In this document: piece after piece, positions 34,024 to 45,531 of the stretch
How the letters are laid out: each line of letters begins with the position of its first letter
Position numbering within the stretch: position 1 is the first letter of the stretch
DNA from: Selaginella moellendorffii
Taxonomy: Eukaryota; Plantae; Lycopodiophyta
DNA length: 64,000 nucleotides
Direction: 5' to 3'
Assembly: GCF_000143415.4 (NCBI RefSeq)
Contig: NW_003314262.1
Location: forward strand, 1,477,960-1,541,959
Made by a program: the position numbers and the translations under genes
Notes under the pieces: model-generated
Database searches by the model: none
What the model was told of the DNA's origin: nothing
What the model saw: only the letters and a program-made list of their open reading frames with translations

Positions 34024-37000
34024 ATGAAAAATGCGGGTGTGGAGATCTTTCGTTTTCTTGGAAGAATCGGGCACCAAAGGATCAAAATCCTCTTCGCTGG
34101 TCGCAATCTCTGCCATATCAAGTCGATACACATTTCACAGGTATAATCTCGCTGTTCTTCGCGTTTTCTTATCGATTTCTCTTGGTGCTCTTCCAGTGGT
34201 CTTCTGGAGAGCTTGCAAGCCGTAATGTGGCCCACGGGCGGTGTGATTCTTCTCGCGACGAGGTAAGAGCTTCTTTGCTGGCTGCTATCAAGGCATGCAC
34301 AGTGTCGAGAGACTTAGACAAGGGGAAAGTCTGTCACGCAGATGCTACAAAGACCGGGGAAGCCTCAAACTTCTTTGTGGCTAGCAGCCTTCTCAACATG
34401 TACGCCAAGTGTGGCAGCATGGAAGATGCTCGCAAAGTCTTCGACTCCATTCCTCGCCACAACGTCGTGACTTGGAACACTTTGATCCTCGGCTATGTGG
34501 AGATCGGTGAAGAACAAGTAGCTTTGGATGCTTTCCATCGCATGCAAGCTCAAGGGTGTGTTCCCGACGCGAGAAGCATTGTTTCTGCGATCAAGGCGTG
34601 CACTGGTCTTGCAGCCAAGGAATCGCCCAAGCAAGTAAGCTTTTTTCTTTTCTTCTTTCGCTTCTAGCTAACTTGGAAAATCAATAGATCGGAGAAAAGC
34701 TTGTGAAAATCGAGGCTTTGCAGAAGGGCCTGGCTATTCACGCTCAAGTTCGACGCAGCACTGGCTTACAAGACGTTTTTGTCGCGAGCACTCTCGTCAG
34801 TATGTATGCTAGATGTGGAAGCTTGGAAAACGCTCGGATGGCGTTTGAGAAGATGCCTTGTCACAACGTCGTTTCCTGGAACGCTATAATTCTTGGGACA
34901 GTGGACAACGGAGAAGCAGAGGCGGCAGTAGAGCTATTTGCGAGAATGCGGCAGACTGGAGCTCCACCGAATTTTCTTACGTTCGTCGCGGCCCTGAAAG
35001 GCTGTGCGAACCTGTCAGGGGACGAGACTCAAGTCAGTGGAAGGCCGTGTAAGCTCCGGGTTTTAGAGACGTGCATGGATCTCCACAGTGAAGCTGCGAA
35101 GTTTTGCTGCGACTCCAACATATTTGTCGCAAGCTCGCTGGTCCAGCTCTACGCAAAGTTGGGAAGCATGGTGGATGCTGGAAGGGTGTTTGAGAGAATG
35201 GCGTGCTGCGATGCCGCTACTTTCAATGCCTTGGTGCTGGGGTATGTCGAGAATGGAAAAGAGCAGCTTGCTCTCGACTTGTTTGCAAGGATGGAAGCTA
35301 TAGAGTCCGGGACCAACGCGCAGTCTTTCGTTGCGGCCTTGAAGGCTTGCGCTATTCAGGCAGCTATGGAGAAAGGAAGGAAACTAGATGGCAAACTCGT
35401 GAATAACGAGACTCTGAGAAAATGCGTCGACATCCACTCTCGAGCTGCCGAACGGGGATACGAGTCGCACATGTTCGTGGCCAGCAGCTTAGTGGATTTG
35501 TACGCGAAGTGTGGTGACGTCGCTGCAGCTCGCAAGGTTTTCGAGAAGATGGTTTGCAAAGACGTGGTTTTGTGGACGTCGATCATGCTGGGACATGCTG
35601 AAAATGGAGAAGGGGAACAGGCAATGGAGCTTTTCCAACGCATGAAGTCCGAAGGGTGTGCTCCAGATGCTCTGACGTTCGTGGCCGCACTCAAAGCTTG
35701 CATTGCTCTAGCATCGAGAGAGGAGTCCAAGGAAGTGGATGGAAGGCTTGTGAGGACCGAGTCACTGCAACTGGGAACCGAGATATACTTGCAAGCCGTC
35801 AAGAGCAACTTCCACACTGACATGCTCGTCTCAAACACCGCGATGGATTTTTATGCCAAGTGTGGGAGCATGCTGGATGCGAGAAGGGTGTTTGACGGCA
35901 TGGCTTCACGCAGCGTCGTCTCCTGGACAGTGATGATTCTCGGCTATGCTGAAAACGGGGAGGGAGAGCTAGCCTTGGAGTTTTTCGAGCGCATGAAAAC
36001 TCAAGGCTGCTCTCCAAACTCTCGGACGTTCGTTGCAGCATTTAAGGCCTGCTGCTGCCTAGCAGAAAAAGAAGAAGCCAAGCAAATCAACGGAAAGCTC
36101 GTGAAGGTGAAAACGCTGCAGAGAGGAACGGGGATTTACTCTCAGGCCGTCGAGAGCTGCGGTGACTCTACCAACATTTTTCTCGTCAACACGGTGTTGG
36201 ATATGTTCGTGAAGTGTGGAAGCATGGCAGACGCACGGCAGCATTTCGAGAAGATGGAAAACAGGGATGTGATATCCTGGACTGTGCTGCTGCTGGGATA
36301 CGCCGACACCGACGAGTTTGAGGTCGTGCTAGAGCTGTTTGCGGGGATGCGAGACGAAGGCATCACTCCAGATCCTCTCACTTACGTCGCTGCTTTCAAG
36401 GCCTGCGCTGGCCTGGCGTCGAAGGAAGAGCCGAAGCAAATGGATGGCATGCTCGCAAAGCTCGGATCACTAGACAAGGGGATGGCTGTCCATTCGCAAG
36501 CCGCTAGTGGAGGCGACGACACGAAGATCTTCGTGGGAAACACGCTGGTGGACATGTACGCAAAGTGCTGGAGTGTGCTCGACGCTCGTCGAGTGTTCGA
36601 CAAGATGGAGTCCCACACAACCGTCTCGTGGAACGCCTTAATCCAGGGATACGCCGACGGCGACCAAGGTGAGCTAGCTCTCGAGATCTTTTTCTGGATG
36701 CAAGCTAACGGGTTTGAGCAGGATCCCCGGACTTTGGCCGCGGCGCTCAAGGCCTGCGGTAGCGTCGTCGCCATGGACACCGGCAAAGCGATCCACGCTC
36801 GTCTCTCCCGTCACGGCCTGGAAGACGATCCAGTTCTCGAGACATGCCTGGTCGACTTCTACGGTAAATGCGGCTGCATGGTTCATTCCCGGCATGTCTT
36901 TGACAAGCAAACTCGCAGGGACTCGGTGGCTTTCGCGGCGCTGATCTCGGGATACAGCCGACAGGGAGACATGGAAGACGCTGCTGGAATGTTTCGGCAA

Positions 37001-37399
37001 TTGCGGCACGAAGAACTGAAGCCCGAGGCCGTGACTTTCGTGTCGCTGCTCACTGGATTCAGCCACGCCGGCCTGGCCGATCGAGCAAAGAGCTACTTCC
37101 ACGCGATGGAGCCGAGGTATGGAGTTCCTCCAGGCATCGAGCACTACGTTTGCATGGTCGATATCCTTGGCAGGAACAACGAGCTCGAATCAGCAGTGGC
37201 GATGGTGGAGTCGTCCAAGCTCTTGGAAGAATCGCCATCGAATTCTTCCGTGGCCTGGACGGCGATTCTCAGCGCTTGTCACAAGTGGAAGAATGTGAAG
37301 ATCGCGAGGCTGGCCTTCCAAAACCTCCAAAGGCTGGACGCGGCGTACGGACCGGCGTACGTCCTCATGGCCAACATCTATGGCGGAACCGACGACTAG
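34024..37399 (+). CDS. Long PLS-class PPR protein (exons about 34024-34140, 34197-34634, 34688-37399) ending in a truncated E region, no DYW
   Basis: Repeated FVASSLVDLYAKCG / VVSWxxxILGYAENG / FVAALKAC triplets; two GT-AG introns join ORFs in frame; start codon inferred. Confidence 0.88.
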
Positions 37400-37736
37400 G
37401 ATTTAATAGAGTAAATAGCGGGGCCTTTAGAAGATTCGAACCTCCACTTTCCCGGCTATTATTTAAAGGAACCAGTTAAAAAACAAAGCTAAAGGTAGGG
37501 CTCGGGGGCCCCTCCCCTTTTACTTGTCGCGCTTAAAGACCACACGAGGGCGTCTTCGTCTGGCTGGTGCCTGCTCAGCGCCATGGCGGCCATGGATTGA
37601 TCGAATACGCGCTGTTGCCTCCGATCGCTATCGATTCTCGCCTCCCCGCCGTCGCTATCGATCGGTCTAGCAAGTGCGCGGCGAGTGGAGCAGTGTGGGA
37701 ACAGGGTTTAGGGCAGGGAAATCTCGCTCTCCAGCT

Positions 37737-39060
37737 ATGGCGAGCAATCTCTCCTTCTGGGAGCTAGATCCTTTCTTTCCAGCTGCGGAGGAGGTGCAAA
37801 ACTCGACCGACAGGTAAGATTTCTTGCTTTGGAGCTCCAAAGAGTGATTGGATTCATGGGAATGAGCATTCTTGCAGGATGGAATCGATTTATCGTGCTT
37901 GGAAATACACCCAGGGCGTTGCGCAGGAGACTCCGGAAGATTCTTCGATCATTGCGGCGGTGAAAGCGAACAAGCGCGACCTTATCACTGCTCTCGACAC
38001 GGTCAGATGGCAAGTAAGTCGATTCAACCTTCTTCCCTTTTAGTCTTTCTCCTTTTCCTGGAACTTACTTTCCAGAACTTTAGAGCGTCTTTTTTCTCTG
38101 TCAGTTATTAAGTTTCGTTTCTTTCCAGTTGGAAGAATTCGCGAGGGCAGTGAAAGTCGCAACGAATGCTGCCGCCGAGCGTGTCTACCTGGGCGAGGAT
38201 GCGAAATCTCGTCACACCCAGTTCGTGAACGCGATCCAAAGCCAGGTGTGTAATATGGAGAAAGAGATAGGCGATTCCTTAGAGAAGAAGAAGCTCAAGT
38301 ACGCGAGCATTGGTGAGGCGGACAGCAAGTGCCTCGCACTGTTCCTATCGGGTAGTGACGACGTAGATAGTAGCTCTCCGACCGCCATAGCCGTCCAAGA
38401 ACGCGAGGTAGAACAGGGCAACGACAACGACGTTTTGCTCGACAGCCTTCCAAGTATTTCTATCAGAATCGACACTGTGGACGGTTGCAATGGGTTTTGT
38501 CATCACAACGAACGAAATGGTTTTTTCTCGAGTGGCAGTAGCAGCAGCAGTAGCAGTGGCAGTTCTAGTAGCAGTCGGGATGGATTGATAGAATCCAAGA
38601 GTTTTTGGAACAGCGTAGCGGGGATTCTTTTCTGGAGAGCTCGAGACCATCAATCGAAGATGCAAATGTCGGCCAGTGTGTTGAAGCGGTGGAAAGACGG
38701 CGACGCTGGCTTTCTAGATCGCGCCGAGGAGTGCATGTCAGCATTGAAGAATCGATGCCTGGTACGTAAAGAATGAGATTGCTTTCTCGCTTTTGTTTTC
38801 TCCAATGACTTTGGTGTTTACAGGGTAGAAACAATGGCAGGAAGCAGTCAAGCGGTTCCCCTCGTTTGTTTGGTCTCCTCGGTGATCACAGCGGAGCGGT
38901 GATCCAGAGAAGGTTTCTGCGAGCGAGCGAGGTTGGGGACGCTGCGAAGATCGGATTTGGAGCGCTCGTGGTGATTGGGCTCATGGGTTTGTACTTTTGG
39001 TTCTTGTCGACTCTCGTGCCGCTGGATCATCAGCCTGTCCCCGGCAGCTTCTTGAATTGA
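37737..39060 (+). CDS. Syntaxin-6 N-terminal-domain (t-SNARE family-like) protein with C-terminal TM helix; 4 exons
   Basis: WELDPFFPAAEEVQNSTDR|MESIYRAW, RDLITALDTVRWQ|LEEFARAV, RHTQFVNAIQSQV; hydrophobic C-terminus. Confidence 0.85.
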
Positions 39061-41736
39061 TTGATCAAAACTCGAAATGGGGTTTTAATAAATTTAAAAA
39101 TTATCTGTCTAGATTTTATAAGGAGAATATTTTATGTTTATGCTTTTTAAGTAAGTATATTTAGTATAAGTACATACACCTTTTCTAAAAGGCAAAAGTG
39201 TTGCGAATCAAAAGACAGTGTGTTTTACAGATTTTATTTTATTTTTGTTTCTCGAATAAGCAAGTTTCATGCGTCCTAATCTGTTGTACGATTGCTACCG
39301 CCGTACGGCTGCCATCTATGGATGAGCATTGCAAGCGAAATGAACTTGCTCTGGAAACTCTGATGGCAGACCCACTGTGACAGCAAACCCAATGCTCCCA
39401 AACCCTCTTCACGCTCGCCCTTTCAAACACTGTGCTCCATGTAGCAAGAGAGCTTCCTCGGGCTCAAGCTCCAGATTCTTGAGAGCTTCATTGCGTGGAT
39501 TCAACTTGCAAAGCTCGTGGATGGCACCCTCCAAGGCCTGGCGGCCACTGATCCTTGCAGCTTCATTCAAATCATCGTCGGCTTCGCGAGACAACGCTAG
39601 AACCATGCCGTGAGCAAGCTGGCTGATCCACATCCACCGCCATTGATCCCGATGCCTCGGTGGCCAGCTCCACAAGCATAGCTATTTCATGCCTGAAGTT
39701 GGGATCGCCACTCACCAGTTGCCGCTCCAAGCAGTGATTCAACGCGGCCTCCAGGAAGAAAATGCTCTTCAACACCAGCAACTCCGCTTCGCATCCAAGC
39801 CCCGCCAGAATGGACGCGACCTCCATCCCCACTAAGCCCTATCCCTCCCCTTATGAATAGTTCATTCAGCATCACAAGTAAGTGGAGCCATCACCCATCA
39901 GGAAAACCACAAGTGGAGAGAACTTTTGCCATACCTGACTGAGAACATCAACATTGTTCCTGCCTCTCATAAGTTTGATTGCCTCGTCTAGTCTCACGAG
40001 AAATTTCAATCATTCTTTTGTGAGATTAGTTTTTTTCTTTGGCTTCATGAGTTTCTTGTAGCCTCTTGCTCCATGCTTTAGGCTTTTCTTCCAGAGCGTC
40101 TTCTTTCTATTCAATGCGCACACCATGATCGCCCAAGGAGAGGTCTTGCGGGGATGGAAGACCTCCAACGCACACATGCACACATGACGAGAAACTCTAC
40201 CTCAGCAACACAAAAATCCTCAACGTTTACACAACGACGCAGCTCTACATTGTTAATGGCGTAGAACGGTGGCTAAACACAGGATAGGTAGCATGCCGGA
40301 CGTGAAATGGTGTGAGCACCAGCACGTCGTGAATTAACATTGATTGAGTCGCATGCCCGTCCTGCCCAATTTTGCACCTCAGGACCGCGGTTCCAGACAC
40401 GAGAAGAAGACATGCCACCATTCCAAGAAAGCTGTGGGTGGATAAACCAGTCACTGGACCACAGTGCTGCGCACCTGATTCGTGTCCTTAACCATGTCTG
40501 CCCAAGCCCAGCACAAGCCCGATTCCCTAAGTCGAAATGATGGGATGCCAAATGCTGCCGAATGCTCGGATGCGCTCGCAATCAAGCACAGGGAAAACCA
40601 TTACCGGGATTTTCAAAAGTGGGATTTTTCAAAAATCCGAATTTGTGGCATTGAGCTTCAAGATAGAGGTTGCGGGAACTGGCAGTGCTGGCATTGTGAA
40701 GATTTTAATGTCTAGAGGAGCTCTTTAGGTAGTTTCTAAAGGACTAAGCTTGTGCTGAAACTGAACGACGAGCATATGCTTTTACATTCGGTAAATCGCA
40801 GCGCATCGCTTGGCTATGATGCTGAGCAGTCTTGGATGGAGGCGCAGAGTGATCTTGGAGAGATCTTGGAGGCAGGATGAGCTTGGAGTAGATTTTCTTT
40901 GCGGAGGATGTCCAGCTCAATGATCCGGGATCTTCGCACCTCCAAGATCGCTCACCAGAGAAGTGCTCTAAATCTATGGATGACTCAACCAGTACCCTTG
41001 TTGTTCATGGAACAATCGAGGCAGCACCTGTAATACCTCGAAACTCTATCGTCCAGATCAGTCTATTCCAAGTACGCTGGATTCTCATCACTCCTGCTCT
41101 CTTGACTGATTCGCCAGTAAAGTTCTTGGAAGCTGATCGTCTGCTCAAGAAGTGGTAAAGTAAGTATGACAATCTCTCTAGTTTTCTCAAACTTCCACTG
41201 CTTCTTACGATCTTCCATGGTGTTTTGGTGACAAGCCCTAGAGTCGGAATGATGCACTTGCTTTGAGCGAAACAAAGTGTTGTCAATTGGGTTATCCTTC
41301 TCTTTTAATTATGAGCAACACACACCTTTGACAGTCGAGCGTCAGGTAACGTTCTTGCTGTTTCCATCTTAACTACAAACTTAGCAAACACTGTTCTTGA
41401 ACAGGAACGCAACAAGTCCACTGGCTTGGACGTCCCCATGACTGGAATAGGTGGTTGACGCAAAGGTATTGAAGGTTGAAGGGCTGTTCCCATGCATCCA
41501 AAAAGCCACCCACTGGAGATCCATAAGCAGCCGCCGTTCAGTGTGAGTTGTCCAGGGGTATGAAGGTTTACTTCTTGTTTTGTTGTTTCTCTACTTATCT
41601 CGTTTGCTTGCTTGTTTCAGGTGGCATGATGTCAAACACTAGACTTTTGAAGCATAGGAAATGGGCTCTCGTTGTGCTCAGCCATGATTGGTAAGTTTTT
41701 CTTCTCCCAGAAACTTGTCTTGTTGCTTTCTCATTC

Positions 41737-42140
41737 TTATGTTTCTTTGATCAGTGAAGGAACATGGTGATGATCCAGAGGCATAAGAGTCAACAAGAAC
41801 CAAAAGTACAAACCCATGAGCCCAATCACCACAAGCGCTCCAACTACAATATTCGCAGTGTCGCTGGGTTGGTACGCTTGCAGAAATCTTCTCTGGATCA
41901 CCACTCCGCTGACCAAACAAACGCGGGAAACCATTGGGTTGCCTCCTGCCATTGTTTCTACCCTGTGAACCCCAAGTTATACAATCATTCTTACGTACTA
42001 GGCATCAATTCTTCAATGCTGATATGTCTAGAGAAAGCCAGTGTCGTCTTTCCACCGCTTCAACACTCTTGCATCCCCAGTTGATGGTCTCAAGCGCTCC
42101 AGAAAGAATCCCCGCTACGCTGTTCCAACTTTTGGAACTC
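41737..42140 (-). pseudogene. Inverted, intron-retaining copy of the 3' end of the Syntaxin-6_N gene
   Basis: VIQRRFLQA..ALVVIGLMGLYFWFL.TL.PLDH matches 38866-39060; upstream part matches 38595-38830 including the intron. Confidence 0.85.
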
Positions 42141-42266
42141 GAGGCACGAAAAGAGAATATTCGTTAAAGCCCGTTATGCTTCTTATGGTCACCAAAAATT
42201 CTTAAGAAGGATTCTATGTTTGAATTTTTTATGCACGACACCAAACATTAGATGCTTACATTCTGC

Positions 42267-42273
42267 TATAAAA
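42267..42273 (+). promoter_or_regulatory. Probable TATA box of the Hog-domain gene
   Basis: TATAAAA about 70 nt upstream of ATG 42341; AATAAA at 43603-43608 follows the stop. Confidence 0.5.
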
Positions 42274-42340
42274 TGGCGTGCTCTAGAGTGTTAGTAACCA
42301 GCAGTTTCGAGCTAGATAGATATATCATAATTCTGTTCTA

Positions 42341-43588
42341 ATGGCTCATACCAATGCTCTAATCTTCCTGACTTCCTTCATTGCCTTCGCTGCAAGCATT
42401 GCAGGGGCAGGAATTTCACTTCCTCCCACGCCACCCCTTGCCTCCCCTCCCACTCTAGCCACTCCTCCAAGCACTACTCGCACTCCCCCTCCAGGCACTA
42501 CACCCCCTCCAGGCACTACTCCGCCTCCAGGCACTCCGCCTCCAGGCACTCCCCCTCCAGGCACTACACCCCCTCCAGGCACTCCCCCTCCAGGCACTAC
42601 ACCACCTCCAGGCACTCCCCCTCCAGGCACTACACCACCTCCAGGCACTCCCCCTCCAGGCACTACACCCCCTCCAGGCACTACACCTCCTCCAGGCACT
42701 CCTCCAGGCACTACACCCCCTCCAGGCACTCGACCCCCTCCAGGCACTCCTCCACCCCCTCCAGCAACTCCAGCCACTCCAGCCAGTCCAGGATGTTTCC
42801 CAGGTATGGTTCATGTGAATTCATGTTGTTTTCTTCATACAATGTTCAAGCTATTATAGGAGATGCAACTGTTCAGATGTATAATGGAGAAATTAAGTTC
42901 GTGAGGGAGCTTAATGTTGGAGACAAGGTTGAATACTTTCACACAAATCTTGTCCAAGTATAACTTTTCCACAGGTTGCAGTGGGCAAGAATATCTATTC
43001 AGATGTATATGGATTCGGCCACAAGGATGCTGATGCCATCTCCAAGTTTTTCCAAGTGCACAGCGCTTCAAACATGTTGGAACTCACTGCAGGCCACTTT
43101 GTTCCCGTTGCTGTCAATGGGAAGCTCATGTACAAGAGAGCCGAGGACCTCAAGGTTGGAGATTCCCTGTGGGAATCATCTAAAATCACTGGTAAGGAAA
43201 GCAAAAAGCATATATATTGGTGGGATGTTTCTAACAATTCTGCGCTACTTCTCCAGAAATCTCAAAGGTTGAGAAGCTAGGCCTCTACAACCCACTCACT
43301 CTCTCTGGCAGTATCATGGTGAACAATGTTCTAGCATCCACTCACAGCGAGTGGTTCTTGGACTCCATCTTTGATGCTGTCGGTGCAACCGAGTACCTGC
43401 CATACGCATACCAGGCCGTGCTTGCTCCAGTTCGCGCCATCTACAACACCATTGGCAAAGACCTCTATGCAAAGGGCTATGCTGCCATCGATTCCTTCAC
43501 CAGCATTGCTGAGTTTGGAACGAAGTATGGAGGAAGCGTTGCTCTCACTTTTGGAATTGCTGGTCTTGTGCTAGCCTCCAAGGTGTAA
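42341..43588 (+). CDS. Secreted Pro/Thr-rich protein fused to a Hedgehog-type Hint/Hog autoprocessing domain; exons 42341-42803, 42860-42927, 42975-43191, 43257-43588 (359 aa)
   Basis: Spliced frame has no stops: signal peptide, (PPGTTP)n, G-CFPGDATV..LNVGDKV, YSDVYGFGH, LTAGH, AEDLKVGD, GLYNPLTLSGSIMVNNVLAS, SRR-like YQAVLAPVRAIY. Confidence 0.9.
42478..42760 (+). repeat. 15/18-bp coding tandem repeat (CCTCCAGGCACT core) encoding PPGTP/PPGTTP
   Basis: Direct reading. Confidence 0.95.
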
Positions 43589-43634
43589 ACACTTTCAGCA
43601 CGAATAAAAATTCTATATAGACAGTGCAATTATT

Positions 43635-43671
43635 GGGGCATTCCGAGAATAGAACTCGGGACCTCTTGCAC
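43635..43671 (-). pseudogene. 3' half of tRNA-Pro (fragment)
   Basis: Reverse complement GTGCAAGAGGTCCCGAGTTCTATTCTCGGAATGCCCC resembles the plant cytosolic tRNA-Pro 3' half; 5' half absent. Confidence 0.7.
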
Positions 43672-45531
43672 TGGTTACTAACATAACTAAAACACTAAGT
43701 CTTGCTTGTTTATTTAAATATTATTTAATATAATATATTTCTCTATTATGATTTGTCTAATATGTTAATGCTATTGTATCTTTGATCTATAGTTTTCTTC
43801 TATTGTCTTGAGTAATTTTACTTCTTCATTGTGCTTTTAGTATTATAGTTTTTATATGTATATTTATCATTTGTATTGTTAAGTTCTAATAACAAAACTT
43901 AATTTATTTAATTAAGATACTTTTTAACTTTATAAATAAGTGATTATAAATATAATTTAAACACAAAATCTCAAGGTAAATGTGATGAAAGTGTCTGCTG
44001 TATAATGAAGGTGTTTTTCCACAGATACAGTTGTTTGTGTGACAAATCATGAGAAACCAGCATGGATACATCAAGTAGGATCTGCAGGAGTAAAGTTGGA
44101 AGCAGCTTGATTGCTTCGGTGCATCCTCATGCAGTGCACGAATGAGCCTCGGGATTGTGATAAAAGTTGCAATCCCATTTGTGACGTAGAAACTTGAACA
44201 GTGACTAGACTTTGCTGATGAGTTAAGCTTCTTCGAATGTCTTCACCACCTTTCCTAGCAGTATGGGGAAGAAAGACTGAATCTTGATCCAAAGCAAAGG
44301 AGAGAAAGATCCCTCCATCTCATGAGAGGAGCCTCATTCCAGTGAAGATCCTCATGAAAGCAGATAGGCACTGCATCATCTTGATTCATGTCCTCCTGAA
44401 TCTGGATCTCATTTTTAACACACCAAAAGAACTTAGAACTGTTGGTTAAGATTTTCAACCTGTTTTCACATGTGATTCACTTCCACCCAGAGAAACAACA
44501 AATCATCTGGATTGCCATGGTGAGAATATAGTCTCATGAAACTTATTGTTCATTGCTTATGCACAAGCAGAAACATCTCCTCAAGGTCATTGCTCCCAGA
44601 CTTGACTCAATCACTTGAATTTGATCAATGTGTTCCACAATCTTTGTGCACAAGTGGTGGTAAGAATCAACATAAATCTACACAAGCTAAATTCCATGCA
44701 CTTTTTATTTAATTATTTTTGTTATTCTTGTTTGTTCTTGTTTTTATTTAACATCTTTGTGTACTTTAATCTTTGTGATCCTGTTCGTGACACAGTTTTA
44801 GCAGCTTTTGCAAGCCATAAGTTGTAAATACATTTGATTCCCAACACACTATATAGATTGAAAGACAAAAGTGACCAACCAAGGAGCCTATTATACTGGC
44901 ACCAAACCTAATATTTAGACTAAGGCCAAATTTATGTGTTTAAAAAAAGGGGTGATTGCATGATAGAATATAACAAAGTGATAATAAAATAATTTGCTGT
45001 GCATTATGCAGTAATGTTTGGTTTGTTTAATAATAGCATACTGGATCTTGATCTTCGGTCATTATAGTGGCCTTCCAACTGATACTCAAGCCTCAGGTAC
45101 CTGTTTATGGTCAACATCATCTCAGGATTATCTGCCTGGATTTTCTCTCAACAGACTTCTAGAGCTTAGGCACTTGAAGGTGGTATAAAAATGTTATAAT
45201 TTATAAAAAAGATTAATCTTATTGCATATCAGTAATATAATCTAGAATATACTAGGAAGTAATAAAGTTTATAAATTATAAATACAAGATTAATCTAAAT
45301 GAATAACAACTGTTAGATAGTAAAATATCCAAAAATATCGAAGTATATTTTAGGTATATTCACTACCACCCTGAAAAAGTAGTTGAAACAACATAAAAAA
45401 TAAACCTAAAATCATTTTATATAAATATTTTAAAAACATTTATTAGTTTTCTTATATTTATAATATTTTTAGAATATACTAGCTATTTTTCTAAAAATAG
45501 TTATATTTTGTGAGTGCATGAAATATGGAAA

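Noticed and set aside
33531-34235. 234-aa ORF as the NUP88 N-terminus
   Set aside because: Upstream part is antisense to PPR exon 1; ATG 33830 fits better
42346-42814. Elastin-like (VPGGG)n and (SAWRG)n ORFs on the minus strand
   Set aside because: Antisense shadows of the PPGTTP repeat; the plus strand has the signal peptide and splices into the Hint domain
42791-43350. Self-splicing intein
   Set aside because: No terminal His-Asn followed by Cys/Ser/Thr; motifs and the SRR-like tail are Hedgehog-type
44030-44620. Coding-like stretch
   Set aside because: Stops in all frames and no recognisable motif
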